Of a DNA stretch of 64,000 bases, positions 10,447 to 18,997 are shown in pieces. Numbering within the stretch: position 1 is the stretch's first letter; every line of letters begins with the position of its first letter. Location: the NCBI GenBank assembly GCA_047602425.1, contig JASGHG010000001.1, forward strand, positions 448,001 through 512,000. The letters run 5' to 3'. This DNA comes from Nibricoccus sp. (GTDB lineage Bacteria; Verrucomicrobiota; Verrucomicrobiia; Opitutales; Opitutaceae). The translations under genes and the position numbers were made by a program. The notes below the pieces were generated by a model that saw only the letters and a program-made list of their open reading frames with translations, was not told the origin of the DNA and ran no database searches.

Positions 10447-10663
10447 GCGATCCCGTCAGGCCGGTTTTCGTCAAAAATTGGCGAAATCCGCTTAGCGAGC
10501 GCGTGGGAAATCGCGTTTTCATTTCCTTCTTACTTAATCCCGGGAATCCAAGGTTGTCTTACCGATTTAGCCAGTCCTACGGTCTTTTCCAGAATCTGGC
10601 GCTTTTCCAGCTACGGCGCACTATCCGAGCCCTCAGCTAATCTTCACCCGTACGTAAAGCCTC

Positions 10664-11071
10664 ATGAACCGCTATCTTCTCGTTACATTGATCGCCGTGG
10701 TCGCGATTTTCCTTAGTCGCGCACAAAAATTCAAGTCTGCCGGCCCGGACGTCGTGACCGAGGAACGTCTGGCCAAGATCTTCGAAAACACCAACGAAAA
10801 GGTCGTCCTCTATTTCTGGCAGCCCGATTGCGCGCCTTCCAAGTCCGTCACCCCCATGATCGAGGAGGTCGCCAGCAGTTATCCGAAGCTGAAAGTACTG
10901 AAAATCAACACCGCGAACCCCGACAATCGCGAGATCCACGACGCTTACAGCATCCATTCGACTCCGACGATCGTGGTGATGCAGAAAAACAAATTTGTCT
11001 CCCAGTGGATCGGGCCCTTCAAAGACAAAAATCAGCTCATCACCTTCCTGAAACCTTCTTCCGCTTACTAA
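10664..11071 (+). CDS. Exported thioredoxin-fold protein with CxxS motif
   Basis: Signal/anchor N-terminus, FWQPDCAPS, cis-Pro STPT. Confidence 0.8.
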   Translation: MNRYLLVTLIAVVAIFLSRAQKFKSAGPDVVTEERLAKIFENTNEKVVLYFWQPDCAPSKSVTPMIEEVASSYPKLKVLKINTANPDNREIHDAYSIHSTPTIVVMQKNKFVSQWIGPFKDKNQLITFLKPSSAY

Positions 11072-11098
11072 AAAGCCGGTTTTTTATCCTCTATTTCG

Positions 11099-11132
11099 AA
11101 AACGCGCAGCCGTTCCGCTGCGCGTTTTTTTT
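11099..11132 (+). terminator. Intrinsic terminator after the thioredoxin-like gene
   Basis: AAAACGCGCAGC-CGTTCC-GCTGCGCGTTTT-TTTT. Confidence 0.8.
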
Positions 11133-11248
11133 GCGAAAAAATCGCGCCGGCCCTCTGTAAGTTATATGATTGACTTGCGTCATAAAACGCGCAGGGTTCG
11201 ACAAAATTCGGTAAGCCGTCCCAAACCCTTTCTGACAAACTGAGCTCC

Positions 11249-11929
11249 ATGACGCCCGCGCCCACCCTGCCACATCGTGCCGAGATCGAGCACGTCGTTC
11301 GCCGGCTCCTTTATCAACGTCTGCAACGCCCGATGCCGCGTTCCGTGCGCGCACCGCGCCCGCTCGTCGTCAACGTTTCCGCCCGCCACTGCCATCTCTC
11401 GCCTCAAGCGGTTGAAGCTCTCTTTGGCAAAGGCTACCAGCTCACGCCAATGAAGTGGCTGTATCAAGAAGGCCAATACGCCGCCAAGGAATCCGTAACG
11501 CTCATCGGTCCACGCAGCCGCGTCATTTCCAATCTCCGCATCCTCGGCCCCTGCCGCGATTTCAACCAGGTCGAACTCGCCCTGACCGATGCCATCTCAC
11601 TCGGCTTCGAAGTGCCCGTCCGCCAGTCCGGAACCATCAAGGACACTCCAAGCTGCATGTTGATGGGACCCGCTGGATTTTTTGAAATGCCCGAAGGCGT
11701 TATTCGCGCCGCACCGCATGTCCACATGCATCCCGACGACGCCGCATTCTATGGCGTAAAACAGGGTGACTTCATGCGTCTAAAAGTCGGTGGCCCTTGC
11801 GCCATGACGTTTGATCGCATGCTCGTCCGCGTCGACAAGTCCTTCAAACTCGAAGTCCACATCGACACCGACGAGGGCAATGCTTGCGGCCTCGGTGCCG
11901 ACACCCCGTGCGAACTTCTTCCTCTCTGA
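11249..11929 (+). CDS. pduL: PduL-type phosphate acyltransferase (BMC)
   Basis: NVSARHCHLS, HVHM, HIDTDEGNA, and an N-terminal encapsulation-peptide-like helix. Confidence 0.93.
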   Translation: MTPAPTLPHRAEIEHVVRRLLYQRLQRPMPRSVRAPRPLVVNVSARHCHLSPQAVEALFGKGYQLTPMKWLYQEGQYAAKESVTLIGPRSRVISNLRILGPCRDFNQVELALTDAISLGFEVPVRQSGTIKDTPSCMLMGPAGFFEMPEGVIRAAPHVHMHPDDAAFYGVKQGDFMRLKVGGPCAMTFDRMLVRVDKSFKLEVHIDTDEGNACGLGADTPCELLPL

Positions 11930-11973
11930 TTTTTAACCCGTAAACCTCCAACCAACCTCAATCCCGATTCCAC

Positions 11974-12243
11974 ATGAGTGAATCTCTCGGCATGATCGAA
12001 ACCAAAGGCTACGTCGGCTCCGTTGAAGCCAGCGACGCCATGGTCAAAGCGGCAGGCGTCTCCCTCGCCCGCCAAGTCCAAATCGGCGGCGGCCTCGTCA
12101 CCGTCCTCGTCAAAGGCGACATCGGCAGCGTCAAAGCCGCCATCGACGCCGGCGCAGAAGCCGCCAAACGCGTCGGCGAGCTCGTCTGCGCCCACGTCAT
12201 CGCGCGTCCGCACGCCGACCTGCTCAAGCACTTCGGTGTCTGA
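11974..12243 (+). CDS. BMC-H shell hexamer
   Basis: [31 protein letters not shown]. Confidence 0.95.
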   Translation: MSESLGMIETKGYVGSVEASDAMVKAAGVSLARQVQIGGGLVTVLVKGDIGSVKAAIDAGAEAAKRVGELVCAHVIARPHADLLKHFGV

Positions 12244-12286
12244 GCGCCAACCGCCCGCAACCTCTAATATTTAAAAACTTTCCACC

Positions 12287-12565
12287 ATGGCTCAAGAAGC
12301 TCTCGGTATGATTGAAACCAAAGGCCTGTGCACCTTGCTCGAGGCCTCCGATGCCGCCCTCAAAGCGGCCAATGTCACGATGACCGGCTACGAGGCCATC
12401 GGCTCCGGCAATGTCGCGGTATTCTTCCGCGGCGATGTCGCCGCCCTCAAGGCCGCGATCGAAGCTGGCGCCGAAGCCGGCAAACGTGTCGGCGAAATCG
12501 TCGCCACCCAGGTCATCCCACGTCCGCACGAAGACCTCTCCGGTCTCGGCAAGTGGGTCGCCTAA
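12287..12565 (+). CDS. BMC-H shell hexamer
   Basis: [31 protein letters not shown]. Confidence 0.95.
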   Translation: MAQEALGMIETKGLCTLLEASDAALKAANVTMTGYEAIGSGNVAVFFRGDVAALKAAIEAGAEAGKRVGEIVATQVIPRPHEDLSGLGKWVA

Positions 12566-12638
12566 ACTAGCTACCAGAGCCAACACCGGTCGTGCAGGCG
12601 CGCGGCCGGTTCACGCTCTTCCATTTTCGCGTCGCTCC

Positions 12639-13826
12639 ATGCAAATCCTCGTCGCCAACCTCGGCTCCACCTCTTTCAAGTACCGTCTCTTCGACGTGAA
12701 CGGATCGCAGGCCCGCATGTTGGCGAAGGGCGGCAGCGAACGCGTAACCGATTACCGCGCCGCCATCGATCTAGCCCTCGGCGAACTCGCAGCAGCCGGC
12801 CATCTCAAAAACGCGAGCGATCTCGACGCTGTTGGTTTCAAAACCGTCCTCGGTGGTGAAATCACCGGCTGCCTCCTGGCCGACGAACGCGTTGAAAAAG
12901 CCCTCCTCGACACCGTCGACCTCGCGCCCGCGCACAACAAGCCCTACGCCGAGGGCCTGCGCGTCTTCCGCGAAAAACTCCCGAACATCCCGCGTGTCGC
13001 GCTCTTCGAAACCGCGTTCTATCAGTGGGTGCCCGACCACGCGAGCCGCTATGCCGTACCAGAGACTTGGTACAAAGCCGGCATTCGCCGCTATGGTTTC
13101 CACGGCGCCAGCCACAAATTCGTCGCTGAGCGCTCCGCCGAATTGCTCGGCCACGACGACATCGGCGAAGCCGTTCGCCGCCTTTACCTCGACGGTCCCA
13201 AAGAATTTCCCGGCACACCGCTCCGCGTGATTTCCTGCCACCTCGGCGGCTCCAGTTCCGTCACCGGCATCCGCAATGGCGTGGCCATCGGCACCAGCAT
13301 GGGCCTCAGCCCGCAATCCGGCCTTCCGCAGAACAACCGCGTCGGCGACCTCGATTCCGCCGCCCTGCCCTGCGCGATGCGGCGCCTGAAAATTTCCCTC
13401 GAAGACGCCGAACGCCAGCTCGTCAAAGAGTCCGGCCTGCTCGGCATCTCCGGCGTGAGCAATGACGTTCGCGACATCAAGGCCGCCGCCGACAAAGGCG
13501 ACGCCCGCGCCAAACTGGCCCTTGATGTTTTCGTCCAAAGCATCCGCCACTGGATCGGCGCGTTCTGGATCGAACTCGGCGGCTGCGACGCCCTCGTTTT
13601 CACCGCCGGCATCGGCGAAAATAATCCGTGGCTCCGCGAAGCCATCTGCGCCGGCCTTTCCGATCTCGGTCTCGTGCTCGACGCTTCGCGCAACAAAACC
13701 GCGCCACACGAAACCGATCTCTCCGCCAACGGCTCGCGCACCCACGTGCTCGTCATCCCGGCCAACGAAGAACTCGTCGTCGCCCGCGAAACCGCCCGCC
13801 TCATCTCCGCCCAGCGCAAAGCCTAA
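12639..13826 (+). CDS. Acetate/propionate family kinase (BMC)
   Basis: ILVANLGSTSFKY, RRYGFHGASH, CHLGG, FTAGIGEN, IPANEE. ATG at 12639. Confidence 0.93.
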   Translation: MQILVANLGSTSFKYRLFDVNGSQARMLAKGGSERVTDYRAAIDLALGELAAAGHLKNASDLDAVGFKTVLGGEITGCLLADERVEKALLDTVDLAPAHNKPYAEGLRVFREKLPNIPRVALFETAFYQWVPDHASRYAVPETWYKAGIRRYGFHGASHKFVAERSAELLGHDDIGEAVRRLYLDGPKEFPGTPLRVISCHLGGSSSVTGIRNGVAIGTSMGLSPQSGLPQNNRVGDLDSAALPCAMRRLKISLEDAERQLVKESGLLGISGVSNDVRDIKAAADKGDARAKLALDVFVQSIRHWIGAFWIELGGCDALVFTAGIGENNPWLREAICAGLSDLGLVLDASRNKTAPHETDLSANGSRTHVLVIPANEELVVARETARLISAQRKA

Positions 13827-13916
13827 CCAATCTTTATCTTTCCTCGTTATCTTTCTCTTTCTTCGCCACCGCGCCTTTCACCTAAACTTAAACCTCAAAC
13901 TTAAACCCACATCAAC

Positions 13917-14216
13917 ATGTCCCAATCCGCTCTCGGTCTTCTTGAAACCCGTGGCCTCACCGCGCTCGTCGCCGGTGTCGATGCCATGCTCAAGTCCGCC
14001 AATGTTACGCTCGTCGGCCCGATGAAACAGGTCGGCAATGCCCTCGTGACCGCCGTTGTCCAAGGCGACGTCGCCGCCGTCAAAGCCGCCACCGAAGCCG
14101 GTGCCACCGCCGCTCGCGCTTACGGCGAAGTCGTCAGCATCCAGGTGATTCCGCGTCCTCACGACGACGTCGCCGCCGTGCTGCCGAAGCCCGCCGCCGC
14201 CGCTCCCAAGAAATAA
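13917..14216 (+). CDS. BMC-H shell hexamer
   Basis: [31 protein letters not shown]. Confidence 0.95.
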   Translation: MSQSALGLLETRGLTALVAGVDAMLKSANVTLVGPMKQVGNALVTAVVQGDVAAVKAATEAGATAARAYGEVVSIQVIPRPHDDVAAVLPKPAAAAPKK

Positions 14217-14299
14217 CCAGGCGTCACCGCCAAACCCGGCGCGTCATCCGTGGCGCGCCGCACCGGTTCACGCCGCCAAACCTCAACCAGGAAACAGTC

Positions 14300-14599
14300 A
14301 TGTTTCTCGCCCGCGTCATAGGCTCCGTGGTCTCGACCAAAAAGGACGACACCATGCGCGGCCGCCCGCTCCTCCTCCTGCGTCCCATGCTGGTCGACGA
14401 GTCCAATCCCGCCCAGCTCAAGCCCGGCGCCAACACCATCGTTGCCTCCGACGGCCTCGGCGCAGGCACCGGCGATCTCGTTCTCTTCTGTCAGGGCAGC
14501 TCCGCCCGCCAGGCCGCGGGCATGAAACAAATGCCCATCGACGCCGCCATCATCGGCCTCGTCGACACCGTCGAAGTCCTCGGCAAACGCATCGTGTAG
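14300..14599 (+). CDS. BMC-P pentamer (EutN/CcmL family)
   Basis: MFLARVIGSVVSTKK, DGLGAGTGD, PIDAAIIGLVD. Confidence 0.95.
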   Translation: MFLARVIGSVVSTKKDDTMRGRPLLLLRPMLVDESNPAQLKPGANTIVASDGLGAGTGDLVLFCQGSSARQAAGMKQMPIDAAIIGLVDTVEVLGKRIV

Positions 14600-14618
14600 T
14601 TAACTTCCCGATACTTTC

Positions 14619-16070
14619 ATGTCTTCTCCGATCGTCATTGATGAAAACCTCGTCCGCTCCGTGGTCGAGGAAGTGGTCCGCTCCTTCGGCCGCCTTCCGT
14701 CCGGCGTCGCCGGCGCACCCGCTGTCGTTTCCTCCTCCGGTGGACTCGGCGTGTTCCAAGACGCAGCCTCCGCCTGCAAGGCCGCCTACGCCGCCTACGA
14801 ACAGCTTCGCGTCAAGGGCATCGCCGCCCGCGCCAAGGTCGTCGAGATCGTCAAGGCCCTCTGCACCGCCAAGGCCGAGGAATGGGGCAAGTTCGAGTTC
14901 GCCGAGACCAAGATCGGCCGTCTCGACCACAAGATCGAGAAGCTCCAGATCGTGAAGCTCGTTCCCGGTGTCGAGTGGTTGCGCCCCGACGCCCGCAGCG
15001 GCGATCACGGCATCACGCTCGAGGAATACACGCCTTACGGCGTCATCGCGGCGATTCTGCCGATGACGCATTCCATCCCGACCCTCTCCGGCAACATCAT
15101 TAACATCGTCGCCGCCGGCAATGCCGTCGTCTTCAACCCGCACCCAGGCGGCGCCCGCTCCGCGGCGCTCGCCGTTCGCACTTTCAACGAGGCGATCAAG
15201 GCCGAAACCGGCATCGAGAATCTCGTCTGCACGATCGAGAAACCGACACTCGAATCCTTCGACGCTCTCTGCAAGGCCCCCGAAGTTTCCGTGCTCTGCG
15301 TGACCGGTGGACCCGCCGTCGTCGCCGCCGCGATGAAGTCCGGCAAGCGCGCCATCTGCGCCGGCCCCGGCAATCCTCCCGTGCTCGTCGACGACACCGT
15401 CGACCTCGACCGCGCCGCCGCCAACATCATCCACGGCGCCGCCTACGATAACAATCTCCTCTGCATCGGCGAAAAGGAAGTCTTCGTCCTCGACTCGATT
15501 TTCGACAAGTTCATGGCCTCGCTCACCCGCGGTGGCGCCCGCCAGCTCAACAGCAACCAACTCGATGCGCTAACCAAGGTCGCGTTTTCCACCAAGGCCG
15601 ACGCCGGTGGCTGCTCGCACCCCGTGCTGAATCGCGCGTTCGTCGGTGTCGACGCCACCGTCCTCGCCAAGCACGCCGGACTCACCGTTCCCGACAAGAC
15701 TCCGCTCCTCTTCGCCGAGACCGACGCCAACCACGCGTTCGTCATCGAAGAGCAGATGATGCCCATGCTCCCCATCGTCCGCGTGAAAACGATCGAGGAA
15801 GGCATCCGCGCCGCGAAAAAAGCCGAGCACGGCTACAAGCACTCCTCGATCATCCACTCGCTCAACGTCGATCACATGACCGCGATGGCCCGCGCCCTCG
15901 ACACCACGATCTTCATCAAAAACGGTTCCTGCGTCGCCGGTCTCGGCCTCGGTGGCGAAGGCTACCTCAGCTACTCGATCGCCACCACCACCGGCGAAGG
16001 CATCACCAACCCGCGTACCTTCACCCGCACCCGCCGCTGTGTGATGGTCGACAACCTCCGCATTTACTGA
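14619..16070 (+). CDS. CoA-acylating aldehyde dehydrogenase (EutE/PduP-like, BMC)
   Basis: N-terminal encapsulation helix, VTGGPAVV, AGPGNPP, DNNLLCIGEKE, EQMMP, TTTGEG. Confidence 0.94.
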   Translation: MSSPIVIDENLVRSVVEEVVRSFGRLPSGVAGAPAVVSSSGGLGVFQDAASACKAAYAAYEQLRVKGIAARAKVVEIVKALCTAKAEEWGKFEFAETKIGRLDHKIEKLQIVKLVPGVEWLRPDARSGDHGITLEEYTPYGVIAAILPMTHSIPTLSGNIINIVAAGNAVVFNPHPGGARSAALAVRTFNEAIKAETGIENLVCTIEKPTLESFDALCKAPEVSVLCVTGGPAVVAAAMKSGKRAICAGPGNPPVLVDDTVDLDRAAANIIHGAAYDNNLLCIGEKEVFVLDSIFDKFMASLTRGGARQLNSNQLDALTKVAFSTKADAGGCSHPVLNRAFVGVDATVLAKHAGLTVPDKTPLLFAETDANHAFVIEEQMMPMLPIVRVKTIEEGIRAAKKAEHGYKHSSIIHSLNVDHMTAMARALDTTIFIKNGSCVAGLGLGGEGYLSYSIATTTGEGITNPRTFTRTRRCVMVDNLRIY

Positions 16071-16105
16071 GCTCCCAGCTCCAAGCTCCCCGCTCCTTGC
16101 TCCCA
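16071..16105 (+). repeat. Five tandem GCTCCNN heptamers
   Basis: GCTCCCA GCTCCAA GCTCCCC GCTCCTT GCTCCCA fill the whole spacer between the stop at 16070 and the ATG at 16105. Confidence 0.85.
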
Positions 16106-16368
16106 TGAACCTCGCACGCATCGACGGCAACATCGTCACCGCGGCCCACCATCCCAGCATGGAAGGCTACCGCACGGTGATCTGCCAGCCGATCGATGCC
16201 GACGGAAATGACGAAGGTGTTCCCGTCCTCGCAATCGATTGCCTCGGCGCCGGCCTGCACGAGCATGTGATCCTTTCCACCGACGGCTCCGCCACGCGCC
16301 AACTCGTGCAGGATCCAAAAACTCCGCTCCGCAACCTCGTCGTCGGCATCGTCGATCCGATCAAATGA
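16105..16368 (+). CDS. BMC-P pentamer (EutN/CcmL family)
   Basis: MNLARIDGNIV, DCLGAG, VVGIVD. Confidence 0.92.
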   Translation: MNLARIDGNIVTAAHHPSMEGYRTVICQPIDADGNDEGVPVLAIDCLGAGLHEHVILSTDGSATRQLVQDPKTPLRNLVVGIVDPIK

Positions 16369-16391
16369 CCCCGTCGCTTCACATCTTCGAG

Positions 16392-16456
16392 GTAGGGACG
16401 GACCGCCGGGCCGTCCGCCCGAACGCCGAGGTAGGGACAATGCTCCGCATTGTCCG
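16392..16456 (+). repeat. Two tandem GTAG-type REP-like hairpins
   Basis: GTAGGGACGGACCGCCGGGCCGTCCG (16392-16417) and GTAGGGACAATGCTCCGCATTGTCCG (16431-16456). Both are 26 nt, with GTAG followed by a stem-loop. Confidence 0.75.
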
Positions 16457-16504
16457 CGGTTCCCGCGTCCCATCATCCATCACCTTTAACCCATCGCCCG
16501 TTTA

Positions 16505-16828
16505 ATGCGCCTCGGAACTGTCATCGGCCGAATCACCCTCACACAGAAGGAGCCTGTCTACGAAGGCGCCCGTCTGCTGATCGTGCAGCCGTTGTCCAAG
16601 GCCCAGTTCGCCCACCCGACCGCCATCAACGGCAAAGGTCCGACCGAGTTGCCCCTGGCCAAAGGTTCGAGCTTGATCGTTTACGACCAACTCGGCGCCG
16701 GCGAGGGCAGCGTCATCGGTTTCACCGAAGGCGCCGAAGCCACCCAGCCTTTCACCGGTGACGCCCCCGTTGACGCCTACACCGCTTGCATCATCGAGCG
16801 CATCAACTACGAGCCGCTCACCAAATAA
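16505..16828 (+). CDS. BMC-P pentamer (EutN/CcmL family) with an internal insertion
   Basis: MRLGTVIGRITL, YDQLGAGEG, EGAEA, PVDAY. Confidence 0.92.
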   Translation: MRLGTVIGRITLTQKEPVYEGARLLIVQPLSKAQFAHPTAINGKGPTELPLAKGSSLIVYDQLGAGEGSVIGFTEGAEATQPFTGDAPVDAYTACIIERINYEPLTK

Positions 16829-16849
16829 TTTTAAACCTAAACGTTTCCC

Positions 16850-17941
16850 ATGCCACAGATCCTCACCGCCCGCGAAGTCGAAGCCCTGTTCCGTGCAGGC
16901 CAGTCCATCCCCCAAGGCGCCATCCTTACGCCTTCGGCCCGTGACTACGTCGCCGACCAAAAGCAGGCCGCCCAAGCCGCCAAGACCGCCGGGCTGCCCG
17001 CCCCAGTCGTCGCCGGTGGCAAGCCCGCCGCACCGTCGATCCCCGACTACGAATTCAAGTGGAAGCCCGGCTCCGACCCCAAGACGCCCGCCGAGATCGA
17101 GAAGTTCTTCAATTCGCCTGAGATCAACGTCCTCAAGCAGCGCATCTGCGACATGGGCTCCCGCCTCTGGACCCGCGACTACACCGACGGCAACGGTGGC
17201 AACATCACCATCCGCGTCGGCGACAACCTTGCCCTCTGCACGCCCACTCTCATTTGCAAAGGCTTCATGAAGCCCGAGGACATGTGCCTGACCGACCTCG
17301 ACGGCAACCAACTCGCAGGCACACGCGTCCGCACCTCCGAGGCCAAGACCCACTTTGGCATCATGAAGCGCCAGCCCGCAGCCAAGGCCTGCGTGCACGC
17401 TCATCCGCCGCACGCCACCGCGTTCGCCATCGCCAACGTATCCATTCCTTCCTGCCTCATTCCCGAAGCTGAAGTCTTCCTCGGTAAGATCGGCGTCGCG
17501 AAGTACCAGACGCCCGGCACGCCCGCCAACTCCGATGAAGTCGGCGAAGTCGGCCGCGATCACCAAGCCGTCCTCATGCAGAACCACGGTGTGATCGTCT
17601 GGGGCAAGGACGTCGAGGACGCCTACTGGAAGATGGAAAACATCGATTCCTACTGCCGCACCGTCTGGATCGCCGCCGGCCTCGGCGGTGGACTGCACCG
17701 CTTCACCGGTGGCCAGGCCAAGGAGCTCATCAACCTCCGCCAAAAACTCGGCATGCCCGATCCGCGCGCCAACTTGAAGGAATGCGAACTCTGCGACAGC
17801 GCCGAATTCCGCCCCGGCTCCGTGACCCAAGTCTCCGCCGCCGCCCAAGTCACCGAACCACAGCCCACGCCCGAAATCGAGAGTTTGGTCACGAAGCTGA
17901 CCGAAGAAATCCTCAAACAACTCGGCGCTAAAAAAGGCTGA
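16850..17941 (+). CDS. Class II aldolase (fuculose/rhamnulose-phosphate aldolase-like, BMC)
   Basis: GNGGNIT, TSEAKTH, VHAHPPHATAF, LMQNHG, and C-terminal encapsulation helix EIESLVTKLTEEILKQL. Confidence 0.92.
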   Translation: MPQILTAREVEALFRAGQSIPQGAILTPSARDYVADQKQAAQAAKTAGLPAPVVAGGKPAAPSIPDYEFKWKPGSDPKTPAEIEKFFNSPEINVLKQRICDMGSRLWTRDYTDGNGGNITIRVGDNLALCTPTLICKGFMKPEDMCLTDLDGNQLAGTRVRTSEAKTHFGIMKRQPAAKACVHAHPPHATAFAIANVSIPSCLIPEAEVFLGKIGVAKYQTPGTPANSDEVGEVGRDHQAVLMQNHGVIVWGKDVEDAYWKMENIDSYCRTVWIAAGLGGGLHRFTGGQAKELINLRQKLGMPDPRANLKECELCDSAEFRPGSVTQVSAAAQVTEPQPTPEIESLVTKLTEEILKQLGAKKG

Positions 17942-17971
17942 GAGACCTCTCAGAATTCATCCAATTTCCCC

Positions 17972-17999
17972 AAGCCCGAGGTTCCCCTCGGGCTTTTTT
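17972..17999 (+). terminator. Intrinsic terminator of the BMC operon
   Basis: AAGCCCGAGG-TTCC-CCTCGGGCTT followed by T-run. Confidence 0.88.
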
Positions 18000-18039
18000 G
18001 TGCCGAGCTAGGTGGAATTGCTAAATCGACCCGTTACTG

Positions 18040-18714
18040 CTACCAGTTTTCGAAATCGATCAAAAGAGCAATCATCGCACCTTTGCTGCTTGTTAGCCAA
18101 TAAACAGGATAACTCCCATCTCCATTGCCACTTTTGGCGACTACTGCACCAATCTTTGTATCAATCACCGCCAGTTTATCAGACGGTCGTTGCTTAACCA
18201 AAGAATCTCCGAATCGAAAAAGCATAGTTTCGTCATTCGGTATTGCTTCTGCGTTAATCACGCAAATTTCGCCTGAATCAACGGAAGCATGGCCTTGAAG
18301 TTCACCCGGCCTGAGTTTCACCTTCGCTGCAAGCTCCAGCGTCTCCGCCTTTTCTACCTCATCAAATAACACTACTAGGAACGCTGGCATCCCTGAATTG
18401 TCGCCACGCGCTATCTCGGTAATCTTCACTTTTGATTCACCCACCGGCGCCCCTTTCACCAGCTTTGAAAGAAGTGTCGGATGCATGAATCCCGGATCTA
18501 CAACGTATAGTTGGCCAGAAGTAATTTTCAGTAGGCCAACATCGCTCAGTTTCAGTCCGAAACGTTGGCACGCTCGTGCCCCGACATCATGAGGAGAAAG
18601 TATTGATTTTATATCTGAAAGCTTCCGCTGCGCTTGGCTTGCCATCGATGTGGAAACGAAAAATAGGCCTATCACCAATAATGCTAGTTCCGATCTAGTT
18701 TTTCTACGTAGCAT
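18040..18714 (-). CDS. Exported DUF4241-like protein
   Basis: Signal peptide, SGQLYVVDP, VDSG, SGNGDGSYPVYW...IALLIDF. Lower GC than flanks. Confidence 0.75.
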   Translation of the reverse strand: MLRRKTRSELALLVIGLFFVSTSMASQAQRKLSDIKSILSPHDVGARACQRFGLKLSDVGLLKITSGQLYVVDPGFMHPTLLSKLVKGAPVGESKVKITEIARGDNSGMPAFLVVLFDEVEKAETLELAAKVKLRPGELQGHASVDSGEICVINAEAIPNDETMLFRFGDSLVKQRPSDKLAVIDTKIGAVVAKSGNGDGSYPVYWLTSSKGAMIALLIDFENW

Positions 18715-18997
18715 GGCTTGCGGTTTAACTTCGTGAGTGGGCCCGGCAGCACAGTGTGCAGAGCGATTTGGACAGACGAGATAAATTCCTCCTATCCGGA
18801 GCCTAAACCCAGTTCTTTTTTTTAGGGAGATTTAACCAGGAGCCCTTTGCGCCGATGTTGCCTTAAACCGCTTTATGTAGTGGTTTTACAGCGTGACGCA
18901 GCTTGTCTGCGCCATGCCCTTAACCCTCGTTTGAGCAACGACTCCAATCCTGCCCCCCGTCGCCTCGTCCGAAGTGACGCGGCGAAGCTTTTCTGAA

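Noticed and set aside
10447..10663. Possible ncRNA or small ORF in a 217-nt spacer
   Set aside because: No recognisable RNA family motif or convincing structure, and the 65-aa ORF lacks coding features.
16388..16456. Possible mini-CRISPR (two CGAGGTAGGGAC repeats)
   Set aside because: There are only two short units, the intervening sequences are self-complementary, and no cas genes are present. A REP interpretation fits better.
18715..18997. ops/JUMPstart element upstream of the glycan cluster
   Set aside because: No GGCGGTAG-type motif was found.
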